The notes under the pieces were generated by a model. The model saw only the letters and a list, made by a program, of their open reading frames with translations, searched no databases and was not told where the DNA came from. Source: a virus (taxonomy: Duplodnaviria; Caudoviricetes). Taken from it: 64,000 nucleotides of DNA. Of this stretch, positions 19,001 through 27,713 are shown piece by piece; the first letter of the stretch is position 1, and each line of letters begins with the position of its first letter. The DNA lies in IMG/VR virus record IMGVR_UViG_3300037067_027616, positions 224,001 to 288,000 of that record; one strand, 5' to 3'. Both the position numbers and the translations under genes were made by a program.

Positions 19001-19036
19001 ACAGAAGAAACTACTGATACCATAGCCAATACAGAA
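19001..19036 (+). repeat. 36-bp direct repeat, copy 2
   Basis: Identical to 18148-18183. Confidence 0.95.
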
Positions 19037-19103
19037 AAAATCGAATTTGTTTGGTCATCGACCAGACACCAAAAGTTTGATAATCGATCTTGGAGTCCCA
19101 CCT

Positions 19104-20099
19104 ATGTTTGATAGAATAGTTGGACATAGGGAAGTGTTGTCCATGCTTCGAAAAATGTTGATTGACCGTAGTCCTGATGGAGTTTACCTTTTTCAAGGAC
19201 CAAAGTCAATCGGCAAACACACAGTCGCGCGTGAATACGCGCGACTGTCCGTGTGTTCCGGGACTATGGAACAAGGTTGCGCCTGCGACAATTGTCGTTT
19301 GTGGCCTTCGGTTCCAGACTATTTATCCATAAATGACAGTCAGAAAGTCTTTAAGGTTGATGACGCAAAGTCTGTAGATACTTTTCTGTCCCTTGTTCCT
19401 TATTCGGCGCCACGTCGGGCTGTCGTCATAGATGATGCCGATAGAATGAACAAACAGGCTTCCTATAGTCTTCTTAATACACTTGAGGAAGCAGGGGACA
19501 GGTCGGTAGTGATACTCGTGAGCAGTGATGAAAATCGGATACCGATGCCGATCGTTTCAAGATGTATCCCTGTGCAATTTGGTCCACTCTCACAGCAGGA
19601 GGTTTCCGACATTCTCTCCATGCAAGGCCATCCCCGCATGTCTGTCGAGGACGTTTGCAGGGCTATGCCGTGTTTCAGCAGTAGTGTACTGAGGGATTTT
19701 ACGTCATATGCTTCCTACATGAAGAAGATGCCTTCCATCTTGAAATCAATGTCGAGTGGATCCGATGAGGATGCCCTTCAATCAGCTTCAGAAGCAAATG
19801 AAGCCGGTCATTCTGTGCATTTCACGGAATCCATGGTTTCCATGTTGTGTGACATTATTAAGACACACTATGATCGCCCAGAAGCGGTCGCGAGTCTGTC
19901 CATGGCTAAAGAAATAGAGGTGTTGACTGAAACTTGGTCGGACGAGGTCTGCATAGCATCGTGTGCCAGGCTCGGAGATGTGCTTGATGCCGCGCGATCT
20001 CCTTTAAATTTGAAGGTAGGCCCGAGGCTCCTTTCTGCTGTTTCCTGGATGTCCCTTTATGTTTCACAGTCTTTGGCGAGAAAAAGGATGGTCAAGTGA
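19104..20099 (+). CDS. holB: DNA polymerase III delta-prime-like clamp loader subunit
   Basis: MFDRIVGH, YLFQGPKSIGK, Zn module, PD, IDDADRM, LLNTLEE, IVSRC. Confidence 0.85.
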   Translation: MFDRIVGHREVLSMLRKMLIDRSPDGVYLFQGPKSIGKHTVAREYARLSVCSGTMEQGCACDNCRLWPSVPDYLSINDSQKVFKVDDAKSVDTFLSLVPYSAPRRAVVIDDADRMNKQASYSLLNTLEEAGDRSVVILVSSDENRIPMPIVSRCIPVQFGPLSQQEVSDILSMQGHPRMSVEDVCRAMPCFSSSVLRDFTSYASYMKKMPSILKSMSSGSDEDALQSASEANEAGHSVHFTESMVSMLCDIIKTHYDRPEAVASLSMAKEIEVLTETWSDEVCIASCARLGDVLDAARSPLNLKVGPRLLSAVSWMSLYVSQSLARKRMVK

Positions 20100-21031
20100 G
20101 TACCTGTGGTAAGATGATAGCATCCGGCAAGCGAAGATTCCTTGTAGATGCAAAAGAACCATCGCTCGTGCCAGACCTTCTGGATTCGTTAAGACAGGAG
20201 TTCCCGGGATGCAGACTGTCCATACATGAGGACCCCTTGTCATTTTCGTCCGCGTCCATGGCGGGGGACATGTTCCTCGGGGACGGTATGAAGATTACAG
20301 TTCTTTGGGATTTGTCTGAAGAATCTATGAAGTCGTTGGAGTCCATCCTCGATTTCACGTCAGATGATGTCCTCATGGTAGTGCAACGTAAGTCAATTCC
20401 CAAGGGGCGCCTGTACACGAGAATGAAAGCTGAATGGGAGGTCATCACACTCGAACCCCTTGATGACCGGGCGTGTGAAGCGTATGCTGCGGCTGCTTTG
20501 AAGAAAATTGGATGTAAATTTTCCCCTGAAGTACCTTCTGTCATAACCGATAGAAGGGGGCGGGATTTGCCGGCCATCAGGAATGAGGTAAAAAAATTTT
20601 CACTCCTTGGCAAGCCAATCGACAAGGATACGGCCGCCAAGTTGGTGTGTGGTAAGGAGAGCGTGAAGGTTTTTGATCTGGCGGACGCTGTGTTGCGGCG
20701 CAGATGGTCACAGTCCTGTGCTTTGGCGGCGACACTCCCGGAGAATGACTTGATAGGGTTCTTACATGCTGTCCAGACGCAGTGCACGAAGCTTTACAAG
20801 GCGGCGTCACTTAAGGAACAGGGTATGGCGCCGGATGACATCGCCAGCATGCTTGAAGTTCCTGCGTATATAGCCAAGACAAAGATAGTACCTCTTGCAT
20901 TGCAAATGGGGCGCAACAGGATACTGAAGATGATCGATGCCGTCCACGCCGCCGATGTTACCGCCAGGACATCGAGGATCCCAAAACGTCTTTTGATGGA
21001 GAGTGTGGTTATCAAGTTGTTAAAATCATAG
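20096..21031 (+). CDS. holA: DNA polymerase III delta-like clamp loader subunit
   Basis: DMF clamp-binding-like motif, G.DL..IRNEVKK, VFDLADAV, collar ending LMESVVIKL. Confidence 0.75.
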   Translation: MSTCGKMIASGKRRFLVDAKEPSLVPDLLDSLRQEFPGCRLSIHEDPLSFSSASMAGDMFLGDGMKITVLWDLSEESMKSLESILDFTSDDVLMVVQRKSIPKGRLYTRMKAEWEVITLEPLDDRACEAYAAAALKKIGCKFSPEVPSVITDRRGRDLPAIRNEVKKFSLLGKPIDKDTAAKLVCGKESVKVFDLADAVLRRRWSQSCALAATLPENDLIGFLHAVQTQCTKLYKAASLKEQGMAPDDIASMLEVPAYIAKTKIVPLALQMGRNRILKMIDAVHAADVTARTSRIPKRLLMESVVIKLLKS

Positions 21032-21039
21032 AGGGACCT

Positions 21040-21444
21040 ATGAAAAACGATTTATCTGAAGACAAGGAACCGGGCCTAGAAGAAATATTCTCGCTCGATG
21101 AAGATAATGATAGTACAAAAGTCATGCCCCATTGTATGGTGAGCGTGGATTACAAGAACCGTGTGCATCTTCTATCCATTTTGAATGAGGATGATACCCA
21201 AGTTAGAAAATTCTTATGCAGTGATTTTTTGGAGTACTTTGATGATGAAATAGAGGTTTGGGGGGATAAAGAACCGGGCCTGTATGTCGCAGATTTTTGG
21301 ATTAATTCTTGGCAGGATAATAACCCAGACAGTTGTGATTGGAATGCAGAGTTGGTGTCGTACAATGTTGAATGCCTGTGGAAGGTCTCTGATAAGAATT
21401 CTATTACCCCCACACCTACTAAAGGGAAGCATGTTTATCCATGA
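21040..21444 (+). CDS. Hypothetical acidic protein
   Basis: RBS and overlap with next gene. Confidence 0.6.
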   Translation: MKNDLSEDKEPGLEEIFSLDEDNDSTKVMPHCMVSVDYKNRVHLLSILNEDDTQVRKFLCSDFLEYFDDEIEVWGDKEPGLYVADFWINSWQDNNPDSCDWNAELVSYNVECLWKVSDKNSITPTPTKGKHVYP

Positions 21445-22004
21445 CTACCGAGCAGAAACTTTACAGAACTATATTGGCTGACCCGCCGTGGTCATATGAC
21501 AACAAGCGCACGGGTGGTAATCTCAAAAGCGGATCGTCCCAAAAATATGGCACCTTGACCGTGCGACAGATACGTGCCATCCCGGTGCAAACGATCGCGC
21601 ACCCGGATTCCTGTTTGCTCCTGTGGGTAACCATGCCGTTCCTTCCTGAAGGTTTGTTGGTCATGGAGTCTTGGGGGTACAAATACAAGGCCTCCGTGGT
21701 ATGGGAGAAGGTTGGGAGGCTTGGCATGGGGTTCTGGTTCAGGTGCCAGACAGAGATATGCCTTGTCGGCTCCAAAGGAAAGGCGAAGCCTTTTCACTGC
21801 CAGTCTCGCAACATCATCCACGCCCCATCCCCAGGTCACAGTTGCAAGCCGGACGAGTTCTTCAAGCTTGTGGAACCCGTCACCCCAGAACCCCGTTTGG
21901 AGATGTTCGGAAGGCTCCGGCATCCAGGGTGGGATATATGGGGTGACCAGGCAGATGGTGGATCTGATGTTGCTATAGAAGTTCCTTTTTTGGCCGAAAA
22001 ATGA
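21441..22004 (+). CDS. MT-A70-family N6-adenine methyltransferase
   Basis: ILADPPW, LLLWVT, WGY, GMGFWFR, HSCKP, LEMFGR, WG. Confidence 0.9.
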   Translation: MTTEQKLYRTILADPPWSYDNKRTGGNLKSGSSQKYGTLTVRQIRAIPVQTIAHPDSCLLLWVTMPFLPEGLLVMESWGYKYKASVVWEKVGRLGMGFWFRCQTEICLVGSKGKAKPFHCQSRNIIHAPSPGHSCKPDEFFKLVEPVTPEPRLEMFGRLRHPGWDIWGDQADGGSDVAIEVPFLAEK

Positions 22005-22043
22005 TAACCTTTTCATTGTAGAATCTATTTAAGCGCGTAAGGT

Positions 22044-22364
22044 ATGTTGATGGAAAACAATGACTTGCGTCCGAAGCTTGACGTTGATCGGGATAGGATA
22101 AGGGAGGTGGTTTCAGAGGCCTACCGGATTACTCGTGAGTACGTGGACGGCGAATTTGTTTGCACGAAGGAACAAGTCATGGAGTCTTTGGAGAAATACC
22201 TTTCATGTGGGTTGGCGGCGGCGACTTTCAGGATACCTCTTGGGAACCGCCACTATCCGGACATGGTTTTGAGGGTCGATCCGAGGAGGAAGGAAGTGGC
22301 TTTGGTGTCCTTGTACAGGAAAGCCACTGGAAGGGTAAACCGCATATTGAGGGCTTTGCGCTGA
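22044..22364 (+). CDS. Hypothetical protein
   Basis: 106-aa ORF, TGATG coupling to next gene. Confidence 0.6.
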   Translation: MLMENNDLRPKLDVDRDRIREVVSEAYRITREYVDGEFVCTKEQVMESLEKYLSCGLAAATFRIPLGNRHYPDMVLRVDPRRKEVALVSLYRKATGRVNRILRALR

Positions 22365-22843
22365 TGGCTGGAAAAATAGAACCTCTTTTCGTACGGTTTG
22401 CCAATGGTGAGGCATCCATTGAGGACGTCCTTAACGCCCTGTCATCTTCGCAAGATAAGAAAACTGCAGATATAGTTACAGAGGCATTGAATAATATTCC
22501 AGACTTGTCAGTATTCAGGACGGACTTCAAGTCCATGTTGGGTGACCTTGCTGACAATGGCGTTTCAAGAAGGGTGATGAATTACGTAGATTCTTATATG
22601 AAGCCTTCGCTTGAGGAGTACGTATCTGGGTCTGGCGGGGGGACGAAGTCTGGTGAGGCACGGTGGGTTGCCATAAAGGACAAGGACGCACCGTGGCCAG
22701 AGGCGGTGTTGTGCTACAATCTTTGCTTGTATTTGAGGGTGTACGGCATCACAGAATTTAAAAAGTGTCCCACGTGTGGGAAGTTCTTCACAAATAAGGG
22801 ACGGTATGCAAAGTACTGCATGGAACATACCCCAAAGAAGTGA
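22364..22843 (+). CDS. CGNR-like zinc finger protein
   Basis: KKCPTCGKFF...AKYC at C-terminus; start reassigned to coupled ATG. Confidence 0.6.
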   Translation: MAGKIEPLFVRFANGEASIEDVLNALSSSQDKKTADIVTEALNNIPDLSVFRTDFKSMLGDLADNGVSRRVMNYVDSYMKPSLEEYVSGSGGGTKSGEARWVAIKDKDAPWPEAVLCYNLCLYLRVYGITEFKKCPTCGKFFTNKGRYAKYCMEHTPKK

Positions 22844-22851
22844 GATGATTT

Positions 22852-23031
22852 ATGTATGTTATCCGTGACGAGTATAATTTCGTTGAGGTTTCTTGGGTTG
22901 CAGATCCCCTGGACAAGAATGCATTGGTAAAGCTTTCTTTTTGGGAAAAAGTGACTATGTGCATTTTTTGCACATTGCTTTCTGTTCGTAATTGGTTTAA
23001 CAGGAAAAGCAGGGGATCGTGGACATCGTAG
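22852..23031 (+). CDS. Possible 59-aa protein, below the ORF-track cutoff
   Basis: Fills the gap exactly: MYVIRDEYNFVEVSWVADPLDKNALVKLSFWEKVTMCIFCTLLSVRNWFNRKSRGSWTS; RBS weak. Confidence 0.4.
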   Translation: MYVIRDEYNFVEVSWVADPLDKNALVKLSFWEKVTMCIFCTLLSVRNWFNRKSRGSWTS

Positions 23032-23531
23032 TGGCATGTGGCATACAGCAGTCATATTTTGGAAAGAAGGGGTCACGTTACCTTGGTGACAAGGCGGATG
23101 TCCTAAAGATTCGTATGGAGTCGTTTCTTGCCCAAGAGAAAGCACGAGGAAGTCTCGTTTTCGCGGCAAGGGAGGTCCACCAGCCGAACGACCAGTTTTA
23201 TAGTTCGATGAAGAGTCATTCATTGGTGGGAACGACCGATATAGAAATACCAGAGGTGTTCAAACCGTATATAAAGTTCATCGTGAATACCACGAGGCCG
23301 AGTGCGTTCTTCTCCACGCCGCTCGAGTCGGAAGTACATAAGGCGCGGCCGGAGAAGGTACACATCGTGGGGGTCGAGACACACATGGCTGTGCTGTTCA
23401 CGGCGGAGGAGTTCAGGAATCGCGGGTATCAAGTGGTCGTCCACGAGGCTATGACAGCGTCCGAGGATGACTATTTACATGCCCTCGGCATCAATTTGCT
23501 TGCAAATTCTCTGTCTGTTGTGGTACAATAA
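23019..23531 (+). CDS. Isochorismatase/nicotinamidase-fold protein, catalytic triad lost
   Basis: EVH, H...GT, SAFFST.L, VGVETHMAV, RGYQVVV...TAS layout. Confidence 0.75.
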   Translation: MDIVVACGIQQSYFGKKGSRYLGDKADVLKIRMESFLAQEKARGSLVFAAREVHQPNDQFYSSMKSHSLVGTTDIEIPEVFKPYIKFIVNTTRPSAFFSTPLESEVHKARPEKVHIVGVETHMAVLFTAEEFRNRGYQVVVHEAMTASEDDYLHALGINLLANSLSVVVQ

Positions 23532-23547
23532 GTTGAGGGGGTGTGCA

Positions 23548-23877
23548 ATGGAAAACGAAAACATGTCAGAATACCTTCTGAAGTGTCCAGCATGCGCCAC
23601 ACAGCTAAAATTGATATGTGAGGAGTCCAGCCCGGTGATTGTGGTCTGCCAGGGGTGCGGGAAGGCTATTGTCATGCACCAGAACAGGCTGTTCACAGTG
23701 CCTGTTCCGTTTATGGTAGAACTCATGAGAAGACACCGTGTCAAGGTCTGTGGCAACATAGTCGCCACGAAGATTAGCGATGAGGCGCAGTCCAAAATGA
23801 GCGACCAGAGGTTGTCGGAACTGCACAAGGCTTTGGAAGGCTCTGAAGACGTTATAGACGTCATCCGAAGGTTTTAG
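23548..23877 (+). CDS. Zn-ribbon protein
   Basis: CPAC and CQGC pairs; GAGGGG RBS. Confidence 0.65.
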   Translation: MENENMSEYLLKCPACATQLKLICEESSPVIVVCQGCGKAIVMHQNRLFTVPVPFMVELMRRHRVKVCGNIVATKISDEAQSKMSDQRLSELHKALEGSEDVIDVIRRF

Positions 23878-23913
23878 TTTAATATTCAGGTTCCGATCAG
23901 TTATATTTGACAT

Positions 23914-24375
23914 ATGACTGACCAAGAACTGCAGGGAAAGATAGTCTACCTTACTGTCCACGCAGACAGGTGGCTCCGCCGCACGAATCCCACGTTCCCG
24001 ATATTGATGGCAAACCGTGTCGCCCGGGTCATCAAGGTTTTCGATTGGGAAAGCGATGAGGGAAAGTACCTTCTTGACCAACGGGAGAAGTCCGGAAAAT
24101 GGAAGGAACTTGACCCTCGGGAGTTCAAGTACGTCCTGTCTATATTCTATCCCGAACTCGTCAGGGGTGAAAAACACGGAATCAAGGTGGAGGAGTTGTT
24201 TCCAAGGGTATTCCCGGGAGAGAAGGTGGTGTTGTTTGATGTTCTTCCAGAGTGGATGGCTACTGAACTTAATAACCCACCGGACAAAATCAAAGCTTTC
24301 AAGATAGAGAAAAAGAAAGAGGGTGAGAAAGAAAAGAAGGCGAGGAAGCGTGTATCTAGACGCGTTCATAGATAA
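23914..24375 (+). CDS. Hypothetical protein
   Basis: 153-aa ORF in operon. Confidence 0.6.
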   Translation: MTDQELQGKIVYLTVHADRWLRRTNPTFPILMANRVARVIKVFDWESDEGKYLLDQREKSGKWKELDPREFKYVLSIFYPELVRGEKHGIKVEELFPRVFPGEKVVLFDVLPEWMATELNNPPDKIKAFKIEKKKEGEKEKKARKRVSRRVHR

Positions 24376-25039
24376 GGCTTCAACCTCCATATTGGAGTAT
24401 AAGGAGCCTATGAAGTATCTAGCTTCCCGTGGATTCGGTTCGGATGACATCAAGCGGTGGGGCATAGGATATACACGCGTGGCGAGGGTTTCCGGGGCAG
24501 AGTGCGAGGATTTGAATAAGCTGAAAGAGGCCACGCATGGTTTTCGCAATCTTGAAGGCAGAATTATTATACCTTTACGGAACATCCTCGGACGCGTGAA
24601 TGGAATACAGACAAGATCCATAGACACAAAGGTTTATAAAGATTATCTTATGTCTGAAGCAAAAAATATGGGCACGTTGTTTGGTTTGAGGGAGGCGCTT
24701 CCGCATATACGGTCGACAAGAAAGGTTTTTGTCCACGAAGGTGCGTTCAATGCGATGGCCTTTTCAAAAGTATTTCCAAACACGGTCGCGTCTCTCACAT
24801 CATTTCTTAGTGACCAACAGGTTGAGTTGTTGCGCTTTTTGTCAGACTTGATAGTGGTGGTGTTTGATAATGACAAGGCTGGTGATATAGGCAGGGCAAA
24901 GGTCTTGAAAACGTATGGGAGTTCCGGATTCGAATCTATTACCATCGGTGAATCAGATTCCAACGCTTGTCTTACGATGATGGGTCCGGATAAGTTCACA
25001 AAGTACATAAAGTCCCGTGTCCCAACGATGTTGCAATGA
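24350..25039 (+). CDS. dnaG: DnaG-like primase core (TOPRIM) without Zn-binding domain
   Basis: YLASRG, GIGY, RIIIPLRN..GRV, LFGL, VHEG, FDNDKAG. Confidence 0.8.
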   Translation: MYLDAFIDKASTSILEYKEPMKYLASRGFGSDDIKRWGIGYTRVARVSGAECEDLNKLKEATHGFRNLEGRIIIPLRNILGRVNGIQTRSIDTKVYKDYLMSEAKNMGTLFGLREALPHIRSTRKVFVHEGAFNAMAFSKVFPNTVASLTSFLSDQQVELLRFLSDLIVVVFDNDKAGDIGRAKVLKTYGSSGFESITIGESDSNACLTMMGPDKFTKYIKSRVPTMLQ

Positions 25040-25143
25040 TTATACTCAAAAGACATTTTCATGAATAATAGTCCATGTACCTGTTTCAGTAATCATAGTT
25101 CATACAAGTCCGCGGGGTGGGACGGGAGTCCCATGGAGGACCT

Positions 25144-25422
25144 ATGAGCGAAGAACAGAAACAGGAAGTGCTTGACAGGCAGATAGCAGAGAAGGAGTTA
25201 AAAGTTCGGGAGTTGGATGTCGTCCTTCAAGAACTAGGTGCTACAAAAGAAGAGAGGGCATTCGTCGCCGTTAGGGAAAAGCACGAACTTTTGAGGAGAG
25301 CGATCGAGGCGGGGTCAAATTCGTTTGGCAAAGTACTTGAGGGTTCCAAAGAGAGTGAATCTCTGAGGGATCTCATTTACGAAGCGTCCAAAAGTTTGAC
25401 TGAAGAGGTCAAGAAACTTTAA
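25144..25422 (+). CDS. Hypothetical helical protein
   Basis: GGAGG RBS before ATG 25144. Confidence 0.6.
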   Translation: MSEEQKQEVLDRQIAEKELKVRELDVVLQELGATKEERAFVAVREKHELLRRAIEAGSNSFGKVLEGSKESESLRDLIYEASKSLTEEVKKL

Positions 25423-25502
25423 CCAATCTCCGTGATTGCGTGAATTATCTGCTGAGCAGGTGCATGGATTTATAGAAATTTAAAAAGATATAGGGGGTCC
25501 CA

Positions 25503-26864
25503 TTGTTCGGTGTAGAATTCAGACCACTTACGTTCGGGGACGTCCTCGGGTTGGAGGATACGAAGGAGATTCTCAAAAAGATACTCCAGACTAATAACTA
25601 CGACCCGGGGTACATCTTCGGAGGTTCCCACGCCACAGGAAAGACTACATTGGGAAGGATATTCGCCCGTGCGGCCCTTTGCAAAAACCGCCGTGAGGAC
25701 ATGTCACCGTGCAACGAATGCAAATCCTGCCGGGATTTCCTTGAGGAACGCAACCCAGGATATCTTGAAATAGATGCCGCAAACCAAGGGACAAAGGAAA
25801 ACATACAGGCCATAAAAGACAGCTTGAGGTATGAAACCTTATCAAACATGAAAATCATATTGTTTGATGAGGCCCATGACATATCTGAAGCCGGTAAGGA
25901 CGCGTTGCTTCTGCAGTTGGAAAGACCCGACCCGAACATCATCCTCATTTTTTGCACGACCGACCCCGACAAGATGCACAACACGCTCCGATCAAGGTGC
26001 ATGGAGTTTGCAATACAGGATCCCAGTGAGAAGCTCGTAAAGATGAAGCTTGAGGCGATATGCAAATCAAAGACCCTGGTGTATGATGGAGAGGCCCTTG
26101 AGGATATTGTCCGATCCGTCGGAAGGCATTACCGCGATGCGGAGAACAAACTTCGGCAGGTTTCCCTCCTCGGTGACATAACTCGTGATAACGTGAAGAA
26201 GGCTGTATCGTTATACGTTGACGAGGCTACAGGATTACTCCTAACAATACCCGATGACCTTGGCAGGGCGTTGACATTTTCAGATTACCTCGTGTCAAAA
26301 ATGAATGTCCATCGCATCTATTCGCTCATTGTCAGGATATTGGTGGACTCTGTGAAGCAACTGAATGGTGTCCCATTTGCCGAGGGGAGATATTCGGAGT
26401 TACTTCACGCCATTTCGAGGAAGTATGGTGCCATGGTGTACGAGGTAATTGACTACCTCGTGTCGCGCAACAGGCTAAATGACCAGCAAATGTTCCAAAG
26501 TGACCTCCTCATTCTGCATTACAGGTTCAGAAGGGGGTCGTTTATACCAAAAGAGCAGCCTTCGGGGGTGACCGTTTCAGACCAACCGAAGGTCGCTCAA
26601 AAAAAGGACGAACAGCCTGTAGTACGGGCCCCGTCCATTTCTGAATTGTCTAAACTTCCGGACGGCAAGAGGGAGGACGTCGTCAGGGAGTACAAGGAAA
26701 ACCGCAGGAAGCAACGGGTCGATGAGCGCGTTCCTGAGATGGTCTCGAAGGCCTGGGGGCCGGAGAAAAAAGAGAACACACAGGAGCTGATTCACCGCCG
26801 GCCGGTTTCTAAAGCCGAGCTGGAACGCGTTCTCAAGGGGACCCACGATGAGAAGAGGATATAA
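25503..26864 (+). CDS. dnaX: DNA polymerase III gamma/tau-like clamp loader ATPase
   Basis: FRPLTFGDVLG, GSHATGKTT, PCNECKSC, EIDAA, FDEAH, LRSRC, RDA. Confidence 0.9.
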   Translation: MFGVEFRPLTFGDVLGLEDTKEILKKILQTNNYDPGYIFGGSHATGKTTLGRIFARAALCKNRREDMSPCNECKSCRDFLEERNPGYLEIDAANQGTKENIQAIKDSLRYETLSNMKIILFDEAHDISEAGKDALLLQLERPDPNIILIFCTTDPDKMHNTLRSRCMEFAIQDPSEKLVKMKLEAICKSKTLVYDGEALEDIVRSVGRHYRDAENKLRQVSLLGDITRDNVKKAVSLYVDEATGLLLTIPDDLGRALTFSDYLVSKMNVHRIYSLIVRILVDSVKQLNGVPFAEGRYSELLHAISRKYGAMVYEVIDYLVSRNRLNDQQMFQSDLLILHYRFRRGSFIPKEQPSGVTVSDQPKVAQKKDEQPVVRAPSISELSKLPDGKREDVVREYKENRRKQRVDERVPEMVSKAWGPEKKENTQELIHRRPVSKAELERVLKGTHDEKRI

Positions 26865-27531
26865 GAAGAGAGGCAGAAGAAAAAAGGCAAGAGCAACAGT
26901 AAAACATTCCAGGAAGGTTCGCGTTAAGCGACCAGTTGCGAAGGTTTCATCCCGGCGCCACAAACTTCCCGCGACTGCTTTGATGTCACGGGATTTGTGT
27001 GCAAAGCACGACCCGTCTGGCGCTTGGATGATACTTGAGGTCAATGATGACGGAGAAAATTTATATGACAGGTATGAACTTCTTGAGTCGGAATTGATTA
27101 GAATTTTTGGGGAAGAAGTACAGTTCTTCATCCCCGCTTATATCGAGAAGATAAAGGACAAAATCGTCGGTGTAGATCTCATAGGAGGATACCTTTTTGT
27201 CGAGAAGAAACATGAATCGGAGTCGGCAATAGCCGTCATGACAAGTCCCTATATCAAGGGTCGTATGGCTGAGGGTGGAAGATCAGGATTTATTACGGGA
27301 GCAAACATAAACGAGTACAAGAAAAAGATGCTCGATTATATCAAGAATATGGCTCCTAAAAAAGGTTCGTTGGTGATTCCAAAGGTTGGCACGTTCAAGA
27401 ATTTAGAAGGAAAGGTAGTTTCCGTGGCCCGCGACAGGAAGTCCGCCACCGTGATGTTCAAGAGATCATCAAGGGTCGTTACGGCACCTGTAAGTGTCAT
27501 CAACATGGATCCCGTGAGCGGCGCCAAATGA
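26848..27531 (+). CDS. NusG-like transcription factor (NGN + KOW) with basic N-tail
   Basis: FFIP, LIGGYLFVE, KOW-like KGSLVIPKVGTFKNLEGKV. Confidence 0.7.
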   Translation: MRRGYKKRGRRKKARATVKHSRKVRVKRPVAKVSSRRHKLPATALMSRDLCAKHDPSGAWMILEVNDDGENLYDRYELLESELIRIFGEEVQFFIPAYIEKIKDKIVGVDLIGGYLFVEKKHESESAIAVMTSPYIKGRMAEGGRSGFITGANINEYKKKMLDYIKNMAPKKGSLVIPKVGTFKNLEGKVVSVARDRKSATVMFKRSSRVVTAPVSVINMDPVSGAK

Positions 27532-27713
27532 AGCGCAACCTTGAAAACTCGGGCAAGACCAGTAGTAATAAATTTTCAAAGTTAAAATTGAAATCTGAAG
27601 AATATTTTGATTGCCCGGTATGCAAGGGATTGGGAGAGGATCCTAATGGTCCACCCACGAACAAGTGTCCAAAATGTGGCGGGATCGGGCAAGTGCGGAA
27701 GGAAGACTTGTGA
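27528..27713 (+). CDS. Small DnaJ-type CxxCxGxG zinc finger protein
   Basis: CPVCKGLG and CPKCGGIG. Confidence 0.65.
   Translation: MKRNLENSGKTSSNKFSKLKLKSEEYFDCPVCKGLGEDPNGPPTNKCPKCGGIGQVRKEDL

Noticed and set aside
18148-19036. 36-bp repeats as a CRISPR array
   Set aside because: Only two copies, 853 bp apart, no spacer-sized gaps and no cas genes
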